Below are positions 1 through 8,926 of a stretch of DNA of 29,295 nt, piece after piece (positions within the stretch are counted from its first letter, which is position 1; each line of letters starts with the position of its first letter). Source of the stretch: a virus (Duplodnaviria > Caudoviricetes); the IMG/VR virus record IMGVR_UViG_3300033562_000279, positions 1 to 29,295 of that record; one strand, written 5' to 3'. A program made the translations under genes and the position numbers. Under the pieces are notes generated by a model. That model was given only the letters and a program-made list of their open reading frames with translations. It was not told the origin of the DNA and ran no database searches.

Positions 1-141
1 ATCTTTATTTCAACGGTGATGCAACAGCAACAGAAACATATTTATTTAACACAGGAGAATCAGGATCATTAGATACATATCTAAGATTTAATTCTGAATA
101 TGAACTTGACCAATTTGATTTCACTGTAAATGTTCCTGCAT
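1..141. repeat. Terminal direct repeat, left copy (circular-assembly overlap)
   Basis: Identical to 29155-29295; 141 nt equals a common maximum assembler k-mer. Confidence 0.95.
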
Positions 142-236
142 ATCATAGTGGTAGTGTCGATTTTAACAATAAAATGAATGGATTAATTAAACTATATCTA
201 TTAGCAGGAAGAACTTATATTATAAACTATTATTAA
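1..236 (+). CDS. 3' part of putative baseplate wedge/tail protein (P2 gpI / Mu gp48-like) that starts at 28896 and spans the junction
   Basis: Frame continues from 28896 and ends ...FDFTVNVPAY...LIKLYLLAGRTYIINYY, TAA at 234-236; lies directly after the baseplate J-like gene; missing from the ORF track. Confidence 0.75.
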   Translation, partial: LYFNGDATATETYLFNTGESGSLDTYLRFNSEYELDQFDFTVNVPAYHSGSVDFNNKMNGLIKLYLLAGRTYIINYY

Positions 237-245
237 TAAACATAT

Positions 246-1016
246 ATGAAAAGAATTATAACGAATAACGGTGGTCAACCAATTCGACTTAATGATTTAG
301 ATTATTTACAAGATAATGTAACTGATTTAACTATATCATTGGCTAAATCATTTGGTGCGGGACCATTTAGATTATATGGTGCAGATATTTCTGTTACTGA
401 TTCAGGTGGTGTATCACCATTATTAAACATATCATTTGGTGCAATATATTATAACTTTAATATATATCTTGTAGATGCAGTTGTTAATCAAGCATTAGCT
501 TCAGGGACTACATTAAATGATATTTTAACCACAAGATATTGGGATTTATCGCAAGTAGATTCAGATTCAAGAGTGTTCTTAGATAGTACATCTAATAATA
601 TATTAAGAACAGAAAAAGCTGTATTTGTTGCAACACCAACAACTTGGTCAACGAATGTTCCTGCAAATATATTGTTAGCAATTGATTATCAGATTAATCA
701 CATTGAAAGTTGGAATAATGTAACATTTGAACCTAATTGGACAAATTATCCTGCTAATGCATTAACTCAATACAAGAAAGATTTTTTAGGTAATGTATAT
801 ATAAAGGGTGCATTATATTCGACTGTTGCTGGAAGCGATATTGCAATACCATTTATTTTACCAAGTGGATATATACCATTAGAACGAATATTTTCTTCTG
901 TTGCATACAATGATACAATCGTACCAGTTGTAATTGAACCTACAGGAGAATTTGGTTTAATTTTAGCTGATCATACAATTCCTATCTATTTTAACTTTTC
1001 ATTTAGAATAGATTAA
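246..1016 (+). CDS. Tail fibre / receptor-binding protein
   Basis: N-terminal GGQPIRLNDLDYLQ anchor-like segment; C-terminal W..V.F..NW...QYKKD..G.VYIKG...FILPSGYIP head typical of phage fibre tips; follows baseplate J/I-like genes. Confidence 0.65.
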   Translation: MKRIITNNGGQPIRLNDLDYLQDNVTDLTISLAKSFGAGPFRLYGADISVTDSGGVSPLLNISFGAIYYNFNIYLVDAVVNQALASGTTLNDILTTRYWDLSQVDSDSRVFLDSTSNNILRTEKAVFVATPTTWSTNVPANILLAIDYQINHIESWNNVTFEPNWTNYPANALTQYKKDFLGNVYIKGALYSTVAGSDIAIPFILPSGYIPLERIFSSVAYNDTIVPVVIEPTGEFGLILADHTIPIYFNFSFRID

Positions 1017-1027
1017 AAATAAAAAAC

Positions 1028-1044
1028 ATTGTAAACTAAAAATA
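1028..1044 (+). promoter_or_regulatory. Putative phage late promoter, copy 1 (ATTGTAAACTAAAAATA)
   Basis: Exact 17-mer ending 1 nt before the protease ATG at 1046. Confidence 0.8.
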
Positions 1045-1045
1045 T

Positions 1046-2050
1046 ATGGATAAAATAATTTTAACAAGCAATAATATATTCACAAAGGATGGTATTCAAC
1101 TAAAAATTGATACCAAAGGAATAGATTTATCTGAATTTAATGATAACCCAATTATGTTATTCAATCACGAATATGATAAACCTATTGGTAATTGGGAAAG
1201 TATAGAAACAACAGATAATGATGTTACAGCAATTCCTAACTTTGATGAAGATAGTTTAAGCAAAACAATAGGTGAAAAATATAGTAAAGGAAGTCTTAAA
1301 TCTGCAAGTATCGGAATAGAAGTTTTAGATGCTTATTTAGATGTAGATGATACAGTTGTAGTTTCTAAATCAAGATTGTTAGAAGCAAGCATTGTTTCAA
1401 TTCCTGCTAATCCGAAAGCTAAAAAAGTTAAAGCAGGTAGAACAGAAGTTTTAACATTTAGTCAAAATGAACTATTAAATATTTCAGATTTAAAAAATAA
1501 ATTAAAAATGTCAAAAGAAACAGAACCTGTAATTGAACAAGGTTGTGATGAAGATAAAATAGAAACAGTCGAATTAGCAGAAATGCCAATTGAAGAACAA
1601 CCTATTGAAGAAGTCGTTGCACCCGAAGAAGTAATAATGGAATCTATCGATGAACTAAAAGATGTTATTGAAAAATTGAATTCTTTAATTAAAGTAAAAG
1701 AACAAACTATTTCAGAACAGGCTAATGAAATTGAAACATTGAAATTGTCAGTTTCTAATTATGTTAAAAAAGAAAAACAATCTTTAATTACCGATGCAAT
1801 TAATTTGAATAAAATTAATGCTGAATCAACTGATACATTTATTAATTTATCAATTGAAGAATTACAAAATATATTTAATAGTATTCCGTCAAAGACTGCT
1901 TCATTATCAGTTGAATTATCAAGACAAGTTGTAGGTGATGTTAAAACCTATGATTGGTATTTAAAAAATGATAAAGAGGGATTAAAGAAATTGGCTAAGA
2001 CTAATCCTACACTATATAAACAATTAGAATCACAATCAATTAAAAAATAA
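1046..2050 (+). CDS. HK97-type prohead protease with C-terminal scaffold region
   Basis: NPIMLFNH, ASIG and LLEASIVSIPANP motifs; acidic then coiled-coil C-terminal half; precedes the capsid gene. Confidence 0.9.
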   Translation: MDKIILTSNNIFTKDGIQLKIDTKGIDLSEFNDNPIMLFNHEYDKPIGNWESIETTDNDVTAIPNFDEDSLSKTIGEKYSKGSLKSASIGIEVLDAYLDVDDTVVVSKSRLLEASIVSIPANPKAKKVKAGRTEVLTFSQNELLNISDLKNKLKMSKETEPVIEQGCDEDKIETVELAEMPIEEQPIEEVVAPEEVIMESIDELKDVIEKLNSLIKVKEQTISEQANEIETLKLSVSNYVKKEKQSLITDAINLNKINAESTDTFINLSIEELQNIFNSIPSKTASLSVELSRQVVGDVKTYDWYLKNDKEGLKKLAKTNPTLYKQLESQSIKK

Positions 2051-2073
2051 TAAATTAAATAAACTACAAAATT

Positions 2074-3012
2074 ATGATTAATAAAGAAATTTGGGTAAAA
2101 GATTTTGCAGCTAACTTGTACGATTCAAAAGAATGGTATAATATTGGTAAAAATCACAGTGAATATGTATTGAACTCTATCGTTCATATTCCACAATTTG
2201 TTGCATCAGTTGTTCCTACCAAAGTTACAAATAGTACAACCCTCCCGGTTGCTGCTACTCGTCAAACATTTGATGATTTGACTTATTCAGTTGAAATGCT
2301 TGCTATGGCACCTCAATATGTAACTAACATCGATGCTGCTGAAGCAAGTTTTGATACACGTACTGCTTTAATGCAAGATGGTATTTCTTATTTGCAACAA
2401 GCAATGAGTATTGAAATTGCTGATAAATGGGCACCTATTGTATCAGGATCGGTTGCTTTGACTACCGGTACATCAACACGTTCTAACATTTACGGTAACA
2501 CATCTATTAAAAAACTTACATTCAATGATGTATTGCTTGCTAAATCTTCGTTGATTCGTAATACTAAAAATGTAGATCTTGATAAATTGTATATCATTGT
2601 TGATTCTGTTATGTATAATGACATTGTTACAATGAGTGAATTCAATGATAAATCTACATTGGTTGGTGATACAGCAGTTGTTAAAGGTTTGGTTGGTGAA
2701 ATCGGTGGTTTGAAAGTTATTCAGAGAGCTATTGGTCTTCCTTATGTATCTCAATATGTTAAAGCTGCCGTTGATTATACAGATGGACACGCTGCAACTA
2801 TGTTTAGTGCTGCCTTACTTGTAGCAGGAGACTATGTTTCTTATGCTTATGGTACTATGGAAAACGGTCAGATTATGATGGGTGTTACTCCTTATGCACA
2901 AGGTTATTATTCGGATGTATTGCAAGGACACACCAGAGTTGGTGCATCTCCGAAATATAAAGCTGTTTCGAACGTTGTTAAAGGTGTATTTGCTATCGTT
3001 GAAGCTAAGTAA
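2074..3012 (+). CDS. Major capsid protein
   Basis: 312 aa after the protease; MINKEIW start, VHIPQ and GLVGEIGGLKV segments typical of HK97-fold capsids; followed by a terminator. Confidence 0.85.
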   Translation: MINKEIWVKDFAANLYDSKEWYNIGKNHSEYVLNSIVHIPQFVASVVPTKVTNSTTLPVAATRQTFDDLTYSVEMLAMAPQYVTNIDAAEASFDTRTALMQDGISYLQQAMSIEIADKWAPIVSGSVALTTGTSTRSNIYGNTSIKKLTFNDVLLAKSSLIRNTKNVDLDKLYIIVDSVMYNDIVTMSEFNDKSTLVGDTAVVKGLVGEIGGLKVIQRAIGLPYVSQYVKAAVDYTDGHAATMFSAALLVAGDYVSYAYGTMENGQIMMGVTPYAQGYYSDVLQGHTRVGASPKYKAVSNVVKGVFAIVEAK

Positions 3013-3027
3013 TCAACAAAATAATAG

Positions 3028-3060
3028 AATAGAACATCTGAAATATGGTGTTCTATTTTT
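3028..3060 (+). terminator. Intrinsic terminator after the capsid gene
   Basis: AATAGAACA/TGTTCTATT stem followed by a T run. Confidence 0.75.
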
Positions 3061-3095
3061 AAAATATTAAATTAATTAAATAAAAACATAATCAA

Positions 3096-3728
3096 ATGAG
3101 TCTTTCTAATAACATTATTTATAAAGTAGTAAATAAAGTAAATGGTAAGATTTATATTGGCAAAACTACTAAATTCAAGAGGAGAAAACAGCAACATATA
3201 ACAGATGCTTTTAACGGATGTAATTATGTATTTCATAAAGCAATTAGAAAATATGGTGTTGAACAATTTGAATGGAATATTATATGGGAAGGTGATAATG
3301 AATTATTAAACGAAATGGAAATATATTTTATTAAGTTATATAATAGTTATTATTCTTATGAAAAAGGATATAATATGACTTTTGGGGGAGATGGTAACAC
3401 TGGTCTTAGAACTGATGAAACAAAGAGAAAAATATCTGAATGTAAACGTGGAATTAAACATTCTGCTGATACTAAAGATAAAATATCTAAAAGTTGTAAG
3501 GGAATAAAAAGAAGTGATGAAACTATTGAGAAATATAGAATTGCTAATATTGCTGAAAAGAATCCAAACTTCAATCATAAAACATATAACTTTATACATA
3601 AAGATGGTACAGAAGAGTTTTGTGAAACTGTAAACTATATGAATAAAACATATAATTGTAATGGGTTTAGTAAAATCACTACAAATGCAAGACAATCATA
3701 TAGAAAATGGAAAATTAATAATAATTAA
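3096..3728 (+). CDS. Free-standing GIY-YIG homing endonuclease with NUMOD3-like repeats
   Basis: IIYKVVNKVNGKIYIG motif, conserved E and GYN; repeats RTDETKRKISE, HSADTKDKISK, RSDETIEKYR. Confidence 0.9.
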   Translation: MSLSNNIIYKVVNKVNGKIYIGKTTKFKRRKQQHITDAFNGCNYVFHKAIRKYGVEQFEWNIIWEGDNELLNEMEIYFIKLYNSYYSYEKGYNMTFGGDGNTGLRTDETKRKISECKRGIKHSADTKDKISKSCKGIKRSDETIEKYRIANIAEKNPNFNHKTYNFIHKDGTEEFCETVNYMNKTYNCNGFSKITTNARQSYRKWKINNN

Positions 3729-3742
3729 ATAAAATAAATAAT

Positions 3743-4936
3743 ATGCTTCCACGCGTAACAATTAACGTCACAGGTACAATCAATAGACCATCTCTTAATA
3801 CAGACGGTATATCTGGATTCTGTTTTTACAATAACAATATTGCAGATTTAACTACATTTTCTACATCAAATAGAGTAGTTAAATTTACTAATTTAGCAGC
3901 TATTGAAGCAGTAGGAATTACAGCAGCATCAACTAATTTCAAAATGGAACATTATCAACTTTCTGAATTTTTCAGAGCAGGTGGTGTAAATGTTTGGATT
4001 GGTGTATTTGCAGTTCCTGTTTCAACATATGACTTTACTGAATTAGATTCAATGCGTTTGAAATCATTAGGTGAAATTAAAATATATGCAACATTCTTGA
4101 ATAAAGAACTTGATGATGCAGATTTAGCTACTTTCAATTCTAAGATTGCTTCATTTGATGCATTGAAAAAACCTGCTATTGGTATTGTAAGTGCAGACAT
4201 TCATAATTTAGCATTAGCTGATTTACCTGATTTAAGAAACCTTACTGCCGACTTAGAAAATACTTCGGTTGTTATAGGACAAGATACAGAGAATGTTGGA
4301 CAAACATTAACAGTTGCAAGTTCTAAATCAACTCCTGATTTGGGATTGTTTGTAGGTACATTAGCACAAGCAAAAGTATCTGAAAATGTTCTTTATATCG
4401 GAAAATACAATTACACAAACGGTTCTATTTTAGCTAATCCCGGTTTATACTGGAAAGCAGGTGCTGTATCAGGATCATTACAAAACATTTCAGATATTAA
4501 TGAAGCTGATTTGGATTCTTTAAATGATAAAGGATATGTATTCTGGAGATATATGCCTAACTTGGCAGGAACATATTTGAGTAATGATAATAACTGTGTT
4601 GCTATTACAAAAACATTTAATAGTGTTCACATTGTTCGAGTTAAAAATAAAGCTGTTAGAGAATTAGATAAAGCATTAACACCATTAGTTGGTACTTCTG
4701 TATTGTTTAATTCAGATGGAACTATGCGTCCTTCAAGTATTAATGTATTTGAATCAGCAGCCAATGCAGCATTATCAACAATGAAAGATAATTTAGAAAT
4801 TAGTGCTTATTCAGTATATGTTGATCCAAGTATCGATGTATTATCAACTAAAACAGTTGTGTTGAATGTTAGCATTGTTCCTGTTGAAAGTGCTGATAAT
4901 ATTACAGTAAATATCAATTTCACACAAAGTCTTTAA
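3743..4936 (+). CDS. Contractile tail sheath protein (DUF2586-like)
   Basis: 397 aa; MLPRVTI start, HYQLSEFFR, LNDKGYVF, RVKNKAVR and C-terminal VYVDPSIDVLST..V...IVPV...I.VNI.F sheath pattern. Confidence 0.85.
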   Translation: MLPRVTINVTGTINRPSLNTDGISGFCFYNNNIADLTTFSTSNRVVKFTNLAAIEAVGITAASTNFKMEHYQLSEFFRAGGVNVWIGVFAVPVSTYDFTELDSMRLKSLGEIKIYATFLNKELDDADLATFNSKIASFDALKKPAIGIVSADIHNLALADLPDLRNLTADLENTSVVIGQDTENVGQTLTVASSKSTPDLGLFVGTLAQAKVSENVLYIGKYNYTNGSILANPGLYWKAGAVSGSLQNISDINEADLDSLNDKGYVFWRYMPNLAGTYLSNDNNCVAITKTFNSVHIVRVKNKAVRELDKALTPLVGTSVLFNSDGTMRPSSINVFESAANAALSTMKDNLEISAYSVYVDPSIDVLSTKTVVLNVSIVPVESADNITVNINFTQSL

Positions 4937-4963
4937 TATTGGCTAACTATAAAAATTAAAACA

Positions 4964-5353
4964 ATGAAATTAAAACAAGGCGAAGATTACATAGCTGAAA
5001 TTATTGTTATTGATGAAGATAATAAAAAGGTTGATTTATTACCTGCTACTAATTTAGCAGTAGGTTTATTTATCAGAAACCAACATATCAAATCATATAT
5101 CGATGAAACAGTTAATACACCTGTTAGTGGTTATGGTCATTGTGAAATATATTCAGGTAGTTTTTCAGGTAGTGCATCACAGATTAATTTGTTTCTTGAA
5201 AGAGATGATACAGCATTATTTCCTGTAGGTGATGTGTATGCAAATGTACTGATTGAATTTGATGATAGTGAACTTGCTAAAAAAAGATATGAATATAGTT
5301 ATGTCATAGGAACTATCGAAAAAGGTTATATGAAATCAGAACCTTTAATTTAA
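4964..5353 (+). CDS. Hypothetical beta-rich virion accessory protein
   Basis: 129 aa between sheath and tube; KQGED...I.VIDED...VDL start recalls BppU-N/Ig-like domains; two SGS motifs. Confidence 0.55.
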   Translation: MKLKQGEDYIAEIIVIDEDNKKVDLLPATNLAVGLFIRNQHIKSYIDETVNTPVSGYGHCEIYSGSFSGSASQINLFLERDDTALFPVGDVYANVLIEFDDSELAKKRYEYSYVIGTIEKGYMKSEPLI

Positions 5354-5376
5354 ACAACAATTTAAAAATATATAAT

Positions 5377-5868
5377 ATGCCAACATTTAATGATCAATTA
5401 AACATAAACGGTAATAATTACAGCCGTATCAATACAATTATAGAATTATCATCTGTTTCTTTTGGAACTTATGATATTACACAATATGTTAAAGGTATTT
5501 CTTATTCACAAACGCAAGTTAAAGAATTTGATTATACATTAGGAAGTCACAACAGACCTTCTCATTTTGGAGTAGGTAATATTACTTGTGAAGGAACTTT
5601 AACATTGACCGATGCAGGTCTTGATTTCTTAAATAGCGTTGCTGTAAGTGGTGCAGTTCCTGTACCTTCGATGCTTTATTTGGGTCAAGATGGTGTTGGT
5701 ATGTCAATTACAGTAAGTTATACAACTTATAACGACAAAACTAAAACTGATTTACTTGAATATGTTCATTTCTTAGGTTATGCCAATGGTGTAAATAAAG
5801 ATGATGTATTGTATTCAAGAGAAGTTGCACTGATGATTGGTAAAGTAAATATCGGTGGAATAGTTTAA
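5377..5868 (+). CDS. Tail tube protein
   Basis: 163 aa; INGNNYS, GISYSQTQVKE and P.HFGVGNITCEGTLTL pattern; lies between sheath and chaperone. Confidence 0.8.
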   Translation: MPTFNDQLNINGNNYSRINTIIELSSVSFGTYDITQYVKGISYSQTQVKEFDYTLGSHNRPSHFGVGNITCEGTLTLTDAGLDFLNSVAVSGAVPVPSMLYLGQDGVGMSITVSYTTYNDKTKTDLLEYVHFLGYANGVNKDDVLYSREVALMIGKVNIGGIV

Positions 5869-5898
5869 TAATCTACTTTTCATTTTCATTTTGTTTAG

Positions 5899-5937
5899 GA
5901 ATAACTGTTTAAGTAATTGAACAGTTATTCTGTTTTT
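5899..5937 (+). terminator. Intrinsic terminator after the tube gene
   Basis: GAATAACTGTTTAA-GTAA-TTGAACAGTTATTC hairpin plus TGTTTTT. Confidence 0.85.
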
Positions 5938-5943
5938 ATATAT

Positions 5944-5960
5944 ATTGTAAACTAAAAATA
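5944..5960 (+). promoter_or_regulatory. Putative phage late promoter, copy 2
   Basis: Exact ATTGTAAACTAAAAATA right after the terminator, upstream of the chaperone/tape measure block. Confidence 0.8.
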
Positions 5961-5978
5961 TAAACAAAATATATTAAA

Positions 5979-6530
5979 ATGAAAGATAAAAAGATTATTA
6001 AAGTAGAAAATTCAGAAGAAATAAAGGTAAAGCGCAATGTTATTACTATTGAATCAAATGGTAAGTTGTTAGAATTTAAGTATCCTAATAAATTAACTTA
6101 TAAGAATGTATTGGATAAATTAAAAAATGATGATACTGCATCTTCGTTTGAAATCTTATTTGATGATTGTTTAAATCAGTTAGATAATAACTTTGAGTTT
6201 GAAGATAAGATTGGTTATTTTGAAGAATTAGCAAGTAAGTTTTTATCATTTAAAGAATTTTCATTTGATGAAAGAGATGGTTTATTCATTGTAGTTATAA
6301 ACAATAAAGAATTAAAATTTAAAAAACCTGATAGAGAACAGATTAAACAGTTGTTCAATGTCAATCTTAAATCATCAACTGAATCATTAAATTATATTTA
6401 TAGTAATTTAAAAGTATCTGGATATGAATTTAATTTTTATGAGATAGAAGATATTGTTGATTTTTATTCTTTGCATCAGTTACCATCAATGTTTATTTAT
6501 CACAAACAATTAGATTTAAAAAAAAAATAG
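5979..6530 (+). CDS. Tail assembly chaperone (lambda gpG-like role)
   Basis: Between tube and tape measure; ends in slippery T TTA AAA AAA AAA TAG. Confidence 0.75.
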   Translation: MKDKKIIKVENSEEIKVKRNVITIESNGKLLEFKYPNKLTYKNVLDKLKNDDTASSFEILFDDCLNQLDNNFEFEDKIGYFEELASKFLSFKEFSFDERDGLFIVVINNKELKFKKPDREQIKQLFNVNLKSSTESLNYIYSNLKVSGYEFNFYEIEDIVDFYSLHQLPSMFIYHKQLDLKKK

Positions 6531-6697
6531 ATGAATTGACAGAATCTATTCAAGAAAATGAATATCTGAAAATAGATTCTTTATTGGCATATCATTATAA
6601 CATATTACCTTATACACTTACTGATGATCAATATGCTGAATTATACGTCGGACTGGATTTCATTTTCAAGTCAAAATTAAATAAAACAGAATTATAG
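6527..6697 (+). CDS. -1 frameshift extension of the chaperone (gpGT-like C-terminus)
   Basis: Open -1 frame with no ATG: IDELTESIQENEYLKIDSLLAYHYNILPYTLTDDQYAELYVGLDFIFKSKLNKTEL, stopping 3 nt before the tape measure ATG. Confidence 0.8.
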   Translation: MDELTESIQENEYLKIDSLLAYHYNILPYTLTDDQYAELYVGLDFIFKSKLNKTEL

Positions 6698-6700
6698 AAT

Positions 6701-8227
6701 ATGGCAAATATATTAGAGATAATCGGCACGTATAAAGATAATTTTACTAAATCTTTTAATAGTTCATTATCAGGAGCAGAAAAGAAAACTAAATTACTTT
6801 CAGATAAATTAACTGGTTTATCTTCTTTATTACCACAACAATTTCACGGAGTTGCTAATGGGTTTGATGATATTAGTTCGGGCATTGGTGGTGCAACAAA
6901 AGTATTAGGACCGTATGGTATAGCTGTTGCAGGTGCAATTACACTTGGAACCGGATTAGTTGCAAATGGTGTAGCAATTGAAAAAGAATTTTCTACTTTA
7001 AAAAAAACATTGGGTACTGTAGATGAACAAATGAGAATTACAGCTAAAACAACATCTTCAACATTTGATGTTTCATTACAAGATGTAGGTATGACTACTG
7101 ATAAAATATCTAAATTATTTAATTTAACCGATAAAAATGGTTTAGAAGTTTTAAGACAAGGTATGTCTAAAACAACTGTTAGCGGTGATGATTTTATAAA
7201 AACATTTAATGAGTTTAGTCCTATATTTAAAGATATGGGATTAAATGCGAAACAATCTACTGCATTGGTTACAGAATTATCAAATAGAGGATTAGGTGAT
7301 AAAGGTTCAAATGCAATAAAAGAATTCGCAGGTAATTTTACTGATGCGGGTAAAGCTCAAGTAGAATCCTTAAAAGGAATCGGTATAAATTATGATGATT
7401 TATCTAAGAAAGTACAATCAGGTTCAATGACACAATTTGATGCAATGAAAGTTGTTTCAGATAAAATTACTAAATTAGGACCAGATTCTAATGAAGCCAA
7501 GATTGCAATGAAAGCAATGTTTGGTGGACCAGGAGAAGATTTGGGTACAGAATTTCAAAAAACTTTATCTTTAGTTAATACTAATCTGGATGAATTACCA
7601 TCAAAAGTTGGTGATGTAAAGGGTGCAACTGATAAATTGATTACTTCTTGGGAAACATTCAAAGGTGTATTTGTTGGTGGTCCGGACGGTAATTGGTTTT
7701 CACAAACAATTGCATCAATGATTGATGGCTTAACATCATTTCTTGATATGTTTAATGATATATTTAATGCTGCTAATTGGACAGAAAGATTTAAAGCTAT
7801 TGCAAATGCAATAACATCATCTCTTTTAAGACCACTTCAAGTTTTATTAGGTGGATTAGGTCAATTAGGAGAAGCATTGGGAATAGATGCTTTAACAAAA
7901 TTAAATAATTGGATAACTGAAAATACTCAATTTGATATTAATACAAATAAATTATCAGGTATAGGGAAAAACTTTTCCGGACAAAGTTTATTATCGATGA
8001 CAGGTACAGGTAAACCAGTTAAACCTAATAACAATAATATAATTCCACCAACCAAAGATAAAACTAAACAATTAGCTGAAACACGAGATGTTAAATCATT
8101 AGTAATCAATATAGATAATGTTGTAGGAAATCAATATATTACACAGAATGATGATCCTAATAAAGTAGGAAAATTAGTTACAAAGGCATTAATGACAGCA
8201 ATTACAGACGCAAAAATAGCATATTAA
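6701..8227 (+). CDS. Tape measure protein
   Basis: 508 aa, Ala/Gly-rich helical; EFSPIFKDMGL, DKGSNAIKEF and MFGGPGEDLG minor-tail motifs; C-terminal KSLVINIDN. Confidence 0.9.
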   Translation: MANILEIIGTYKDNFTKSFNSSLSGAEKKTKLLSDKLTGLSSLLPQQFHGVANGFDDISSGIGGATKVLGPYGIAVAGAITLGTGLVANGVAIEKEFSTLKKTLGTVDEQMRITAKTTSSTFDVSLQDVGMTTDKISKLFNLTDKNGLEVLRQGMSKTTVSGDDFIKTFNEFSPIFKDMGLNAKQSTALVTELSNRGLGDKGSNAIKEFAGNFTDAGKAQVESLKGIGINYDDLSKKVQSGSMTQFDAMKVVSDKITKLGPDSNEAKIAMKAMFGGPGEDLGTEFQKTLSLVNTNLDELPSKVGDVKGATDKLITSWETFKGVFVGGPDGNWFSQTIASMIDGLTSFLDMFNDIFNAANWTERFKAIANAITSSLLRPLQVLLGGLGQLGEALGIDALTKLNNWITENTQFDINTNKLSGIGKNFSGQSLLSMTGTGKPVKPNNNNIIPPTKDKTKQLAETRDVKSLVINIDNVVGNQYITQNDDPNKVGKLVTKALMTAITDAKIAY

Positions 8228-8229
8228 TT

Positions 8230-8922
8230 ATGAGTATATTAGGAACAATACCAGGAAAACAAGATACAACATCAGCATTTTTTAAAAAGTATTATGATAT
8301 TACTGATCAGATTGCTGATATTGGTATGGGTAGTTATAGATATGCTACAATATCAAATGATTTAGACTATAAATGGTTAGCACCTAAGTATTGGAAACTT
8401 GATAAATTTGGTAATGTAATAAATAATTGGTGTACTCTTTATATTGGAAATATCAATCAATCAGCATTTAATCCATCAGAAGGAAGTAGAACAATACCAT
8501 TTAATTTATTTTCTCGTGAAGGTTCAAAATCAACAGATTTAGCAGCTATAACATTATATGGTGTAAGTATAGATTTAACTGCTGCACCAACAGTAATTGA
8601 AACAAGAGTTAAAGGATTAACCGGACCAATATATCAAACATTCGGTTCTAATAATTATGATTTAACTATTTCATTCTTAGAATCAGGTCCAACATTTTGG
8701 CAACAAAATAGTAAAGATATTAGTCTATTAACATATATATTAAATAGTGGTGTATCAATAAATATTCTGAATCCGCAATTGAATCTAATCTATAATATTA
8801 ATGCAGTGATATGTACAGGTTATAATATTGGTCAAGATCAAAGATTCTATTCACATAATAATATTTCTATTAGTTTTAAATCTGATACAATTACACAGGA
8901 CATTCTAACTAAAACAGTATAA
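8230..8922 (+). CDS. Tail tube initiator / hub-associated protein (P2 gpU / DUF6046-like)
   Basis: Directly after tape measure; VIETRVKGLTGPIYQ...NYDLTI segment; L..IYNINAVI. Confidence 0.6.
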   Translation: MSILGTIPGKQDTTSAFFKKYYDITDQIADIGMGSYRYATISNDLDYKWLAPKYWKLDKFGNVINNWCTLYIGNINQSAFNPSEGSRTIPFNLFSREGSKSTDLAAITLYGVSIDLTAAPTVIETRVKGLTGPIYQTFGSNNYDLTISFLESGPTFWQQNSKDISLLTYILNSGVSINILNPQLNLIYNINAVICTGYNIGQDQRFYSHNNISISFKSDTITQDILTKTV

Positions 8923-8926
8923 CACT

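Noticed and set aside
3013-3742. Group I intron around the GIY-YIG gene
   Set aside because: Capsid and sheath genes both look complete, a terminator precedes the gene, and there is too little flanking sequence for an intron core
2473-4200. Track ORFs 2473-2790, 2882-3070, 3072-3266, 3336-3695, 3356-3574 and 3955-4200
   Set aside because: Antisense or out-of-frame shadows of the capsid, endonuclease and sheath genes, with no motifs
2055-4955. Partial late-motif look-alikes before the capsid gene (TAAACTACAAAA) and before 4964 (ATTGGCTAACTATAAAA)
   Set aside because: They lack the TTGTAAACT core and are explicable as A-rich initiation regions
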